A stretch of 64,000 nt of DNA from Hypanus sabinus (lineage: Eukaryota). A program made the position numbers and the translations under genes. Where the stretch lies: the NCBI RefSeq assembly GCF_030144855.1, contig NC_082718.1, forward strand, positions 18,786,001 through 18,850,000. The letters are read 5' to 3'. Shown here one piece after another: positions 47,101 through 58,559 of this stretch (positions are counted from its first letter, which is position 1; every line of letters begins with the position of its first letter). Under the pieces are notes generated by a model. That model did no database searches and was not told the origin of the DNA. It saw only the letters and a program-made list of their open reading frames with translations.

Positions 47101-47883
47101 TTAAGGGTGATGGAAGTGTAAGCAAGACATATGATGAATAGTGTAAGTTGCTGAATTGGAATACCTCTGAGAGTCTTTTTATATACTTGTTTAAGATGCC
47201 TTAAAGTTGAATCAGAACAAAAGTATTTCTATTTAAAATAACATAAAATAGATTATAATATGAGTGCAGTTCCATTTGTTTATTCCGAAGAAGAGGTATC
47301 TAACTAGAAAGAGTCATGCCATCTGGATTGCTGACTGATACTCACTCATGACTCATGACACCTGCCATTGTGAAGCAGGAACCCAGCACACATCACTATA
47401 TTTCAATCATAGCATGTTTCCAGATGTGAAGGAAGCACTGCAGATGGTGAAACGCTGAAGGTGACACAACAGCCATCTGAATTCCTCTCATTCATTTGTA
47501 TTCAAGGCAGGAAAATGACTGCATACGTATAAAAATAAACATGAGAATGGCAGCAGGTTGGAGTCCTGTTACCATTTGGGTGTTTGTGTGTAAGAACGTA
47601 CAGTATTTGATTCCATATACGCATGTTGCAACAATTTTTCAAGCAGTTGCATGGTCTTCTCGCTTGATTCTGTGATTACCTTGATTACATTTTCAACACA
47701 GCTGGAATTTTACATTGTTTTGAACTTCTTTTCATTTTCCAAATGTCCAGCTGTGAAGTGAATATTTGCTTTGCAAAAACATACCTTTTTTTCCCTTGTA
47801 ATACTTTGAAATGCCACCTGTAAATCATTCTGAAACATACTGCTCATTTCACTTTGCTGTCCTTGAATACAAGGATATTTTGA

Positions 47884-48479
47884 TGTAACACTCGCTTTGC
47901 CTAGCGGCTTATTAGAGGGGGTGATAACCCCCTGCCCAGCCAAACTTAACAAATCTCGTTTGGGTGGATGCTGCACGATGTGTCCCCTGTTACAAATCGG
48001 TACCCCGAAATAACAAACAGTACACAACATGTGATTAAACACTTAAGCTTTATAACTCTTACTTTGACGATATGGTTCGTAGAGAAACAAAATATAAAAG
48101 AAAAAGGGCCCAAATCTTATTAAACAGTCTGTGCAGACGAAGTTGGAGCTCATGCAGTTCAGTAGATCTTCTTCCACTATCGATCTCCTCCGAGCGTCAC
48201 TGACCTCCGGACCCCGGTCCGCCCGATCCGGCGGGCTACCAAATTACTCCATTCGTGTCTTTTCCCTTCATCTCTCTCTCTCCCTCTCGCAAAAACCCAC
48301 GAAAACAACTGCTTCCAGAATCACAAGACGACAACAAAATCCTGATTGGCTAACATGCATCAACAGTCTGGTCATCTCCAGCCATCACCCAAATGTTGCT
48401 GCTACAGAGAAACCATTACTTCAGCAGTGAACATTACAAAAAACTATTTAATTGCAGTGAACCCTTGCAGCGCGTTGCA
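47884..48479 (-). mobile_element. Solo LTR (596 bp) with 4-bp TSD TTGA, likely Gypsy/ERV type
   Basis: Termini TGTAAC...GTTGCA. TTGA at 47880-47883 and 48480-48483. CpG-rich relative to flanks. Similar to 63681-64000 in the opposite orientation. Confidence 0.85.
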
Positions 48480-48599
48480 TTGAGAACAGCCTTTGCTATT
48501 TTGCTTTCATAGCATTGAAGGATCAAGGCCATGCATGTCAAGGTAAGTTTATAAAAAAAACTTTCAGGGTATAATGTGCATGTGAGATGTGTGATCAGC

Positions 48600-50570
48600 T
48601 GAACACTCCATTATCCAAATCATTGAGATATAATGTATAAAGAATCAGTCCGAACACAGACCCCTGTGGAACACCACTTGTCACTGGCAGCCAACCAGAA
48701 AAGGCTCCCTTCATTCCCACTCTTTGCCTCCTGCCGATCAGCCATATACTTAACAATTGACTCCAACATCTTCCCAACCAGTGAGGTCAGGCTGATTAGC
48801 CTATAATCCTCTTCTTCTGCCTTAAGGTCTCTAATCAATTGTGGTTCATTGCACAACACCTAATCAAGAATAGCTAATTTAGTCTAGTAATTCACCCTCT
48901 TGGAATTCAGCATCAACCTGATTTTCCCATTCAACCTACGTATTGGAGACCCCATGACTATTGTAACATTTCCCTTTTGGCATGCATTTTCTATCTTCCA
49001 TTGTAATTTGTGGACCACATCCTTACTACTTTTTTGGGGGATCTGTATATAACTCCCATCAGGGTCTTTTTACCCTTGCAGTTCCTTAGCTCTATTCACA
49101 ATGATTCAACACCTTCCAACCCTATGTCTCCTCTTTCTAATGATTTGATTTAATTTTTTAACAACAGAGCAATTCCATCCCTTTTGCCTTCCTGTTTGTC
49201 CTTTTGATACAACGTGTTTCCTTGGACATTAAGCTCCCAGCTGTAATCTTCTTTCAGTGATACCTACAATATCATATGTGCCAATCTGTAACTGTGCTAC
49301 AAATTTATCTACCTTACTCTGTATACTGCGTGCATTCAAATATAACACCTTCACTCCTGTATTCGCCCTTTTTGATTTTGTCCACCTTTGACGTTGCAAC
49401 TCATCCTGTTGACTGCCATTTTGCCCTATCATCAACCTCTCCTTGCTAGGAGTCTCACTACACATTGCCTCTGTTTGTGAACCAGCTGCCTCATCTTCAG
49501 CACTATCACTCTGGTTCCCATCCCCTTGCCAAATTAGTTGAAACCCACCCAAACAACTCTAGCCAACCTGCCCAAAGGGATATTGGACCCCCTTGGGTTC
49601 AGGTGTAACTGTCCCTCTTGTATAGCTCATATTTTCCCCAGGTGATCCTAATGATCTATTAATCTGTACCCCTGCCCCCTGCGCCAGTTCCTCAACCACA
49701 CATTCACCTGCCAAATTATTCTATTTCTTACCCTCACTGGCACATGGCACAGGTAGCAATCCAGAGATTACTACCCTGGAGGTCCTGTTTCTCAGCATTC
49801 TACTCTAGTTCCCTGAAATCTCCCTTCAGGATCTCCTCATCTTTCTACCTATGTCATTTATGCCAATATGTCCCAAAACTTCTGACTGCTCAACCTCGCC
49901 CTTGAGAATGACAAGGACCCAGCTTGAGACATCCCTAATCCTGGCAACAAGTAGGCAACATACTCTATCTCCAGATATCTCTATTGTGCCCACAGAACCT
50001 CGTCTCTGTTCCTCTGACTAAGCAATCTCCTATCAACACTGCAATCCTCTTCACCTCTCTGCTCTTCTGAGCCACAGCACAAGACTCAATGTCTGAGATC
50101 AAGTCACTGTGGCTCCTCTGGTAGGTCAGCCCCCTCAGTAGCATCTAAAGTTGTCTACTTATTATTGAGGGGAACAGCCACAGGTGTGCTCTGCATTTCC
50201 TTTCTTTCTTCTGACAGTCAACCAGTTACCTGTCTCCTGCAAGCTAGGGGTGGCTACCTCCCTGGAGCTCCTGTCCACCACTGCCTCATTCTCCCATATG
50301 AGTTGAAGGTCATCAACCTGCATCTCCAGTTCCTTAACGTGTTCTCTCAGGAGCTGCACCTCCTGCAGATGTGTTTATCTGGGAGACTGGACATCTCCCA
50401 GGCTTCCCACATCCCACACAGAGTACAAAACACTGCCCCTGGATCCATTCTCACTAATCTACTATGCCCTTAACAGATGAGGAATGAACAAATAAGGACT
50501 GAAACAGAATAACGTACAAGAGAATCTACCTCACCCAAACCTGATCTCACCTAAGCCTGATGAGCCAAAG
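48600..50570 (-). mobile_element. CR1 5' portion: ORF1 (coiled-coil plus esterase-like region), start of ORF2, then deletion-joined RT pieces
   Basis: QLLREHVKELEMQVDDL...WLTVRRKKG (ORF1); GGFQLIWQGDG...GVKVLYLNARSIQSK...YDIVGITE; YRLISLTSLVGKMLESI; GRRQRVG...VTSGVPQGSV. Confidence 0.92.
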
Positions 50571-50949
50571 CCTCTCTAAACAATGGCATGCTCCAAATTT
50601 AGTCATCTCAACTTTCCTAGGCTATAAGAAAGGAGAGCCTCAATGAAAGTAATGTGGTGAAGGAAGGTGATTGATTTGGGATTACTTGATAGTGTAGGTG
50701 TAGTTGATATTCAGAGCCCTGTGCTTGATTCAATTTAATTTACTAGTATCTCACAATGTACGAAGTACAGTACATTGTTGATTTCAGGAGAATCTGAATC
50801 TGTGTCCTATATTCTAAGTTTTGAATGCAACTTCCCATTTCCATAATTCCTTCTGTTTGTCCTAATGAGCTGTCCTATTGTCCTAATGTCCTCTAACTGT
50901 AGTCAACCAACAGTTCAATGGGGAGCATGAAAGTTCAGCTTTTTCTACT

Positions 50950-51095
50950 GATAAGAACAAAAGAAATAGGAGGAGGAGTAGACTATCTGGTCTATCGAGT
51001 CTGCTTCGCCATTCAATAAGATCATGGTTGATCTGACAATGGACTTATCTCCATCTACATACCTTTTCCCCATAACCCTTAATTCTCCTACTAAG
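50950..51095 (-). mobile_element. CR1 3' terminal fragment
   Basis: ataagaacaaaagaaataggaggaggagtagac...gccattcaataagatcatggttgatct. Confidence 0.75.
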
Positions 51096-52449
51096 TAGGT
51101 AATCGACACCCAGCAAACATGGAATGACGGGCATTACTGGATGGCTGAACTCTCTTTTGGACCTGGGATAGGATTGGAGCCTTCAAATGGTTAAGAGAAG
51201 ATTCTTGACCTGCAGAAAAAGGGATGATTTATTAAGTATTTTTATTTGTTTTCACTGAGTATTTTTTATTGATTGATTGAAGCAATTTAAATGTCTTTGG
51301 ATGAATAATTTACCTACTTACTCAAGTAAAGTCCTTTTCCACTTTTGCTTTACAGAGAAAATATAGCTTTCCCAAAGATTCAACTATTTATTGCTGGTTC
51401 ATTTGTTCTTTACAGATGATATTATCTTCTTCAGCTTCCCCAAATTTCATCAGTACACCAGATTTTACGTTGCTCTTATATTTCAAAAAATCCATTCACC
51501 TTGTCCTTGATCATAGACATACAAAATGTTGTACTTGACTGATTGTCAATGATCAAGATTCATCACATTAAAGAATCAGATGTGGTTTGTACTTGGCTTG
51601 ACAGCCTGGGTGTACTCTAGGACCTAGCAGATGGCTTCTCTGTTATCCAGTTGACTTTAAACATCTATCCAAATGACAAAGTTACCAGATGAGATACATT
51701 AGGATACTCCTTTTTTTTTTACTGATTGTTTTGTTAATCCTGTATGCATAAATCTGTGAAATTAATAGAAAATCCACAAAAGAGAAAAATGAATGAAATG
51801 ATGGCCTTGCTTTTCAAGTGCTCTTGAGATCTGCCAAAGCATTTCAAAGTCAATTCAATATATTAGAACTGAAGTCAAATGTAAACAATCTGATGAAAGC
51901 CATTGACCTGAACTGTTAACTTTGTTTGCATCTCCTCCATTCTGCCTGACTAACTGAATATTTCTAGAATTTTCTGGTTTTGGTTCAAACATTCCAATCT
52001 ATTTGCACATGGCAAGTTTCCCAAATAGAGTGATCATGTTAATTGAAAAAAATAATGTAAGCCAGGACACTAGGAGATTATTTTACATCCAACTGGCATG
52101 AAAATGATTTGAAGTTTAAAATGGAAAACATTTTTATCACAAGCACATAAGCATTATTTCATATAAGGTGGCTTGAACACCAAAATATGAACTTTAAAGG
52201 GGAGAGTACTTTCACTAGCTCAACCTACCACATGAAGAACAATTGAAGGGAAGGGTTGTGAACAGTTTTTTGAGGCTGGAAAGAAAGTTGATGGAGTGAC
52301 AAAGTTTCTGGCTCGGAAATAATGATTCAGGGATGGTAATGACCTGGCAATAATGGAATGTGAGAGACCAATGGAAAGACCAATAGAGAATTCAAAAATT
52401 GAAAGCACCTTTTTAATCAAAGAATGTATATGTTATACACCTTGAAATT

Positions 52450-52590
52450 TCAAACAAAAGAAAATCTGCAGATGCTGGAATTCCAAGCAACACACACAAA
52501 ATGCTGGAGGAACTCAGCAGGCCAGGCAGCATCTATGGAAAAAAGTACGGTTGATGTTTTGGGCCGAGACCCTTCAGCAGGACTGGAGAA
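52450..52590 (-). mobile_element. Penelope terminal unit with mutated hammerhead motif
   Basis: Minus strand CAGTC-CTGCTGA-A-GGGTCTCGGCCC-AAA-ACAT-C-AACCG, followed by the full tail ...GAATTCCAGCATCTGCAGATTTTC. Confidence 0.8.
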
Positions 52591-52591
52591 A

Positions 52592-53090
52592 AATTTGCTG
52601 CTTATAGATAGCCACAAAGCAAGAAACTCAAATAACCCAATTTTAAATAAAGACAAATACACCTGTGCACAGAAAACGAGTGATAAAGAAACACACATCA
52701 CACAAACAATAAAGGCCAATCAACTACGTCCCGAACCTGAATGAGTCGCAAATCAGTTCCTGGAGCAGCTGGAGTAGGCCCAATCCAGGCTTTGGGCCTC
52801 AGTTTTCACACCACTGGGGCAGAAATGTACAGCTGTCAGATCAGTTCACAGCCTCAGCGCCATGGAGAAAGGAACGAGCATTCAAAGGAGAGCGAGCAAA
52901 GTCAGCCCAACCTTTGCCTCCATACCCAACACTTGGATTTCCAGTCTATATCTGGGCGGGCTTTTAAATTGTCCAAGCACCAAGAGGTAGGACCTGGATT
53001 CCGGCCCCCCGATATGCCTGGGCTGCCTCACCAAATCGGCTCAGCGGTTGGAGTGACCCAAACTTGCACCCGAGTTAGCTGGACATCAGA
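52592..53090 (-). mobile_element. Unclassified non-coding retroposon (family B), longer copy
   Basis: GC/CpG-rich body similar to 27165-27450 and an AT-rich Rex-like 3' region at 52592-52720. ORF 52741-53199 has no recognisable motif. Confidence 0.55.
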
Positions 53091-53628
53091 TAGAAGTTTA
53101 AGTGAGAAATGGAAGTGGATTGGAGCAAGTGGAATTGTTAAACTACATGATGAGAGAGTTGAGTTAGATGTCAAATTGCAGCACAGCAAAGTGGCATAAA
53201 TTTAACCTCACAATTTGTGACATCTCCAAAGATGCAATGATCAATCAGAACTGACTTGAATTGTTACAATTGAAAATAGGGAAATAGCCTTGTCATTTGT
53301 CATTTCTGAAAGCAACAGCTTTTCTAGAAATTTTGGTTCATCTAAGTCATAACATTGGGAGGAAAGAGTGATAACATTTGTTGGTTTGATGGAAGTGATG
53401 AGGTAACAGAGCTCAGTGTTGTCTTTATCACACCAGTAATTGCTGATACAATTTTTTTCTTTTTTTATACAAAACGCTGAAGACGAAAAGCTACAAGAAT
53501 ACCACATTTTCCCTTCTGGTTGTCTGCAAACACCTCAGTATTTTGCAGGTTTGTCTGTGCCATGGTTTGCCCTGATGAAATGTTTTGAGTGATTTCCTAC
53601 CAAGTTGGTCCATGGCAATCTAATTACT

Positions 53629-53852
53629 CAGAGGCAGTGTGTTGTGTCCTTGAGCAAGGCACTTAACCACACATTGCTCCAGTCCACCCAGCTGAAAATG
53701 GGCATCGGCAAAATGCTGGGGGTTAACCTCGCGATAGACTGGCGACCTATCCGGGGCGGGGGGGGGGGGAGGGGAGTCTCGGAGCCGCGGAAACTGGCAT
53801 AAGCACCGGCCTGATAAGCCTATAAGGCTCGGGACAGACTTTAACTTTAACT
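53629..53852 (+). mobile_element. 5'-truncated CORE-like SINE with 12-bp TSD
   Basis: gttgtgtccttgagcaaggcacttaac (CORE-like), 3' hairpin GAGCC-like/tataa/GGCTC, (ACTTTA)2 tail. TSD aatctaattact (53617-53628) / aatctaataact (53853-53864). Confidence 0.8.
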
Positions 53853-54269
53853 AATCTAATAACTAATGTCAGTTAAATGATCTCCTTCAGAAAGAGAGGA
53901 AGACATGAAACATTGAACTCTGTTTAAGGGAAAGATGACTATTCTAAGATTCTTTTTAATGTGACAAACTTGAGAAAAGTGATCTTTAAAGTAGGAATTA
54001 CATCAGCTTTCACTTTTTTCATTGATTTGGTGGTAACCATTATTCATAGTCATTCCCAAAATGCAAGATTCATAGATGATACTTGTGAGTGGTTGATCTA
54101 GTGCACTTATCCAACAAAGGAAGATTCAGTCTCACTCAAATGTTTGGAAATACCTCAGTGTTTCATAGACAATGAAGTCTAATGACTTCAGGTGAACAAT
54201 GTGAGAAAATATTTATACAATAAAATCCCATAAGTAACAAGGGGGATGACTTACTAGAAAATTCAGTGG

Positions 54270-54460
54270 CTGATCAAGAAATGTTGGCCAGAACATGGGA
54301 TATTTGACATTCCTCTGAAGAGGCAGATGGTGCATAAATTTAAATTCTCACAAATTGTGACATTTCCAAAGATGTAATGATGAATATGAACTGACTTGAA
54401 TTGTCAAACCAGATTATGTGTTAGCTTGTGATTATGAGGGATGAACGTACTCCTCTGCTT
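54270..54460 (-). mobile_element. Ancient Deu-domain (SacSINE1/AmnSINE1-like) SINE remnant
   Basis: catgggatatttgacattcctctgaagaggcagatgg...tttaaattctca...tgtcaaaccagattatgtg resembles the antisense Deu-SINE consensus as I recall it. A weaker relic lies at about 52040-52230. Confidence 0.4.
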
Positions 54461-55814
54461 TACTGTGTTTAATCGTTCATTGATTCATGCAAAAAGTAGG
54501 CTTACACCCTCAATAACTATAAATGAGGTCATTATTACATTCAGGGTTATAAAGCACAATGATTGGGTGCACAATAATTGCTTTATTGTGAAACAAATGT
54601 ATCCATTTTATTATGGATGTTATATTTTAAATAATTTGATATATATTCATTATTGGATTTGAAACAAATATTTATGTGTTGGAAAGCATGAAGAGCAGAA
54701 TAGGGATCAGAGAAGTTCAAGGAGATGATTTCATTTTGTAACAGTTAATTTCTTCTGACAAAACATGCTCAAAACAGGAAAAAACAGCTTGATGCAGAAA
54801 TCAGCTCTGACTGCCCCAGCCAGTGCAGCTGCTTCCACATTGGTATTAAAGGAACCCATTAAAAATATTCTCTGGCACAAAGTTAGGCAGGATATGACTG
54901 TAGAAGAAGGCTGTAAAATGATCTGAAGAGGAAACAGTAACAATATTAACGAAGTTGGTGAAAAGTTGAAAAATTGAAGGAGAGATTCAGAAAAAAGGGA
55001 AGATTCTCAGATCACAGAAGAGAATGAAGTTGTATTGAGAGAGTAAGAGTAGATTTAACTATTAAGAAGACCAGTTGAATGACTTGCATTATAAAAAGTA
55101 AACTCTGATGCTTCCTTTCAAACTGTTACTAAACAGGAGTAATGGAAGCTACTTGGATTCATGAAATCTGAATGCATGGAACAATTGTGCAATTTAGCAT
55201 GCGTGTGCAAAGGGATGGATAATGGAACACTTTGTTCTTACTTTAAATGGCAAACAATATCCAGTGTGTAGCTGAGCCCTGTGTGATGTGTAGGATCTGA
55301 TCTCAGATAGAACAATGATAAAAACTGACCAGGATTCATATTTATGTTGGAATTGCATATACACAGACAGCATTTGACCTAGTATTAGATGAGCTCTTAG
55401 AGGGCTCCTAGAAATCTATATAGCAAATATGGTATCAACAGTTTTATGTACATGCAAATAATAAAGAAATACTGGCATAAATGAAAATCAAAACATTATT
55501 CATTTAATTATTTGGAGGTAATCCTGTTAAATTTATATACTTTGTAACTTCTAAATCCCCTTTTTTACAGTGACAATATATATTTGCATCAAGCTTCAAT
55601 TAATGTTGATGATGCAAGCTGACAAGCTGAAAATAGCCTCCAGCTGCCTTAATGCAATAAATGTACATGAAGTAACGGAATCCATTAAACTATTAATTTT
55701 TCATATAAGTATTCATCTGATTCATTAAAACGGGAAGACCTCATCAAAACTTGCCCTTGCATTTTTTTTCCAGATTCATTGCTATTGCTCTTCAAAGCGG
55801 CTAGCGGCAGTTTA

Positions 55815-56088
55815 TTTACCTAGAGACACAGAGCAGAATGGGTCCTTGTAGGGCCTGAATCATATGAGCTGAACTGTTCAGTAACCCACCTATTTAACCT
55901 GAGCCTAATCACATTGACCAATTAACCTACTAACCGGCGCGTCATTGGACTGTGAGGGGAGACTGGAGCAACCGGAGGAAACCCACATGCTCACAGGAAG
56001 GACATACCGACTTCTTACAGGCAGCGTCGGAACTGAACTCTGAACTCCAGCGCTGTGAGAGCGTTGCACTAACCACTATGCTACCATG
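55815..56088 (-). mobile_element. Near full-length V-SINE-like tRNA-derived SINE
   Basis: Minus strand starts GGTAGCATAGTGGTTAGTGCAACGC (A box), then GAGTTCAGTTCCG (B-box-like), then V domain GTGGGTTTCCTCCGGTTGCTCCAGTCTCCCC...GTAGGTTAATTGGTCA. Confidence 0.8.
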
Positions 56089-56224
56089 GCATATCTACCG
56101 AATACCCATCCTTCCACATGGACCGCAGTGGAGCAAGAATGTAGCTCAGTAGCACCTACTTAGGGTAACTGGGAATTAATAATTATTACAAATTCCATGC
56201 ATGAAGTAGAAACAACACATGGTT

Positions 56225-57380
56225 GAAAATTCTAGGGGAAAGGATATATAAGTATTTGGATAGACTGGGTCTGATTAGGGATAGTCAACATGGCTTTGTG
56301 TGTAGTAGGTCATAATCCAACCAATTTTGTATATAGTCTTTCGAGAAGAATCTGATGAAGGAAAGGCAATGAACATTGTCTACTTGGACTTCAGCCAGGC
56401 CTTGAACAAAATCCTACATAGGAGGCTGGTTTGGAAGGTTCAGTCGCTTGGTATTCAGAAAGAGTTAGTACATTGGTAGGAGATGGTTAGCTCTCTCACT
56501 GGAAGTCTGTGACTAGTGGGTTGCTGCAGGGAGTAGTGCTGGGTCCATTGTTGTTTGTCATATTTATTAATGATCTGAAGATAATGCAGTAAACCGGATC
56601 AGCAAAGTTGCAGATGATGCCAAGACTGCAGGCGTAGTGTACAGCCAGGAAGATTATCAAATCGTGCAACAGGGTCTGGACCAGCTGGAACAATGAACTG
56701 ACGAATAGTGGACGGAATTTAACGCAGACAGTGTGTCGTGTGAATTTTGGGTGGACAGACTCGGGTAGGACATACATAGTGAACATTACGGCACTGAGAA
56801 GAGTGGTAGAATAAAAGGATCTGGAATTCTGTGAAAGTGGCATCACAGGTAGATAGGGTTGTAAAGAGAACTTCTGTCACGTTGGTCTTCATAAATCAGA
56901 GTGTTGAGTATGGGAGGTGGGTATGATGTTGAAGTTATATAAGACACTGGTGAAGCTTAATTTGGACTGTTGTGTGCATATCTGGTCACTTATATACAGG
57001 AAAAATATCAAGAAGGTTGAAAGAGTATAGAGAACATTTACAAGGGTGTTGCTAGAACTCAAGGCACTGAGTTTTATAGAAGGATTGAATACATTAGGAA
57101 TTTTTTTCCTGGCATGTAGGAGAATAAGGGGAAATTTGATAGAGGGGTGAAGATAGGGATGTAAAAGGCAGGCTTTCACCACTGAGGTTGGGTGAAACTA
57201 GGACTAGAGATTATAGGTTAAAGGTGAAAGGTGAAGTGTTTAAGGGAAACACAGGGGGGGATCTTTTCTTACTCAAAGCATGGTGTGAGTGTGGAACAAA
57301 GTGCCAATGGAAGTAGTGGATACATTTTTAATTGCAACATTTAAGAGAGGCTTGGATATGTACATGGATGGGAGGACTAT
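56225..57380 (+). mobile_element. CR1 LINE RT remnant
   Basis: agtcaacatggctttgtg (SQHGFV), tacttggacttcagccaggcc (YLDF), gtgactagtggg...cagggagtagtgctgggtcca, aagttgcagatgat. Many indels. Confidence 0.88.
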
Positions 57381-58559
57381 GCTCTATAGACTATTATTGT
57401 ATGACTTCTCTATACATGGTATTGTTATAAAAATGCTTTTTATTCTTTGATCACAATGCAGGAATTTCATATGCATACTCTTGTATTAAAGTTAGAATCA
57501 GCACAACAGCTCCAATGAGTACTGAAGTGTTCTCATTCACTTAGGAGGAGGACTACCATAATGAATGAAATATTCCACTGGTTTTCAGTCTTGCATTGTG
57601 AACACCCATTTAAATTTCTTTTTGCATATACTTTGGAGTCCCAGGAGCAAAGAAAAAGAATGAGGAGGTTAATGGATGAATTAATATTAATTAACAAACA
57701 TGAAAATATTTTTGACAAATAAAACTCTAAATACTTTGTATCAGTCAGAACAATGACTATAGTTATCTGATAAAAGTACAGAACAAACAAGTAACTCTTC
57801 CTGCATTGTACTTAAGCAGCGTTTGATATTCTGCATCCTATTTAATGTTGTATAAAAGTGCTGGTCAAATAGTGTTATGACATTTCTCATATTTACTATT
57901 GCTTTATGCTTAGTGGTGTAACAGATGACCTTACTGATATTAATAATTTGCTGTTTGAAGGAAGAAGAAATCTACAGTAAATGTCAGCTGAGGCTGAGAG
58001 CTAAACCCAGCTCATCTTGCATGTGACACATCACATCATTCACCTGCATATTTAATGATAAACTACTTGTTTTTAAATATATTTTGGTACCAGTTCACCT
58101 ATTAGATATCTGAACTGTTGTGACAGTTCAGACAATGGATAATAACACCGCACATTATGCATAACATTTTCAAATACGTTTGGTTCTTAAAACACAGAGA
58201 GTGTTTTCAATTTGTCATTATGTTAATATAACTACCAAATATTAGTCGGTGCAATGAATTTAAATCTTAAATGAATGTCTGAGAATTCAAAGGCTATCAG
58301 TTAGTTGGAGATTCAGAACGTAAAGTTAATAGACATGTTTTAGAGTTTTTATAATATATTAAATCTAATTATTTTTAAGAAACATCTTCATTTAGTAAAT
58401 GAATTGCTGCTGAACGTATTAATTATTTCCATCTGGAAAACAGCATATTACTCTAGTGTTTACAGTTCAGCCTTCACATAATGAGGAAACAGAAATGAAT
58501 AAAACCTGGAAACATACTCATTTCAGGAAAGAGACCATTCAACATCATCATGAAATGCT

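Noticed and set aside
53790-53840. ctgataagcctataaggctcg as a hammerhead ribozyme
   Set aside because: The core is CTGATAA and no GAAA follows the stem. It is better explained as the SINE 3' recognition hairpin.
54377-54394. ATGATGA...CTGA as a box C/D snoRNA
   Set aside because: Only 7 nt separate the boxes, there is no upstream box C or terminal stem, and the duplicate copy has ATGATCA.
54731-54943. Minus-strand exon candidate after tttcctcttcag
   Set aside because: No matching donor and no recognisable protein similarity.
56020-56088. tRNA gene
   Set aside because: A/B-box-like sequence is the head of a SINE and runs into a V domain. No complete cloverleaf.
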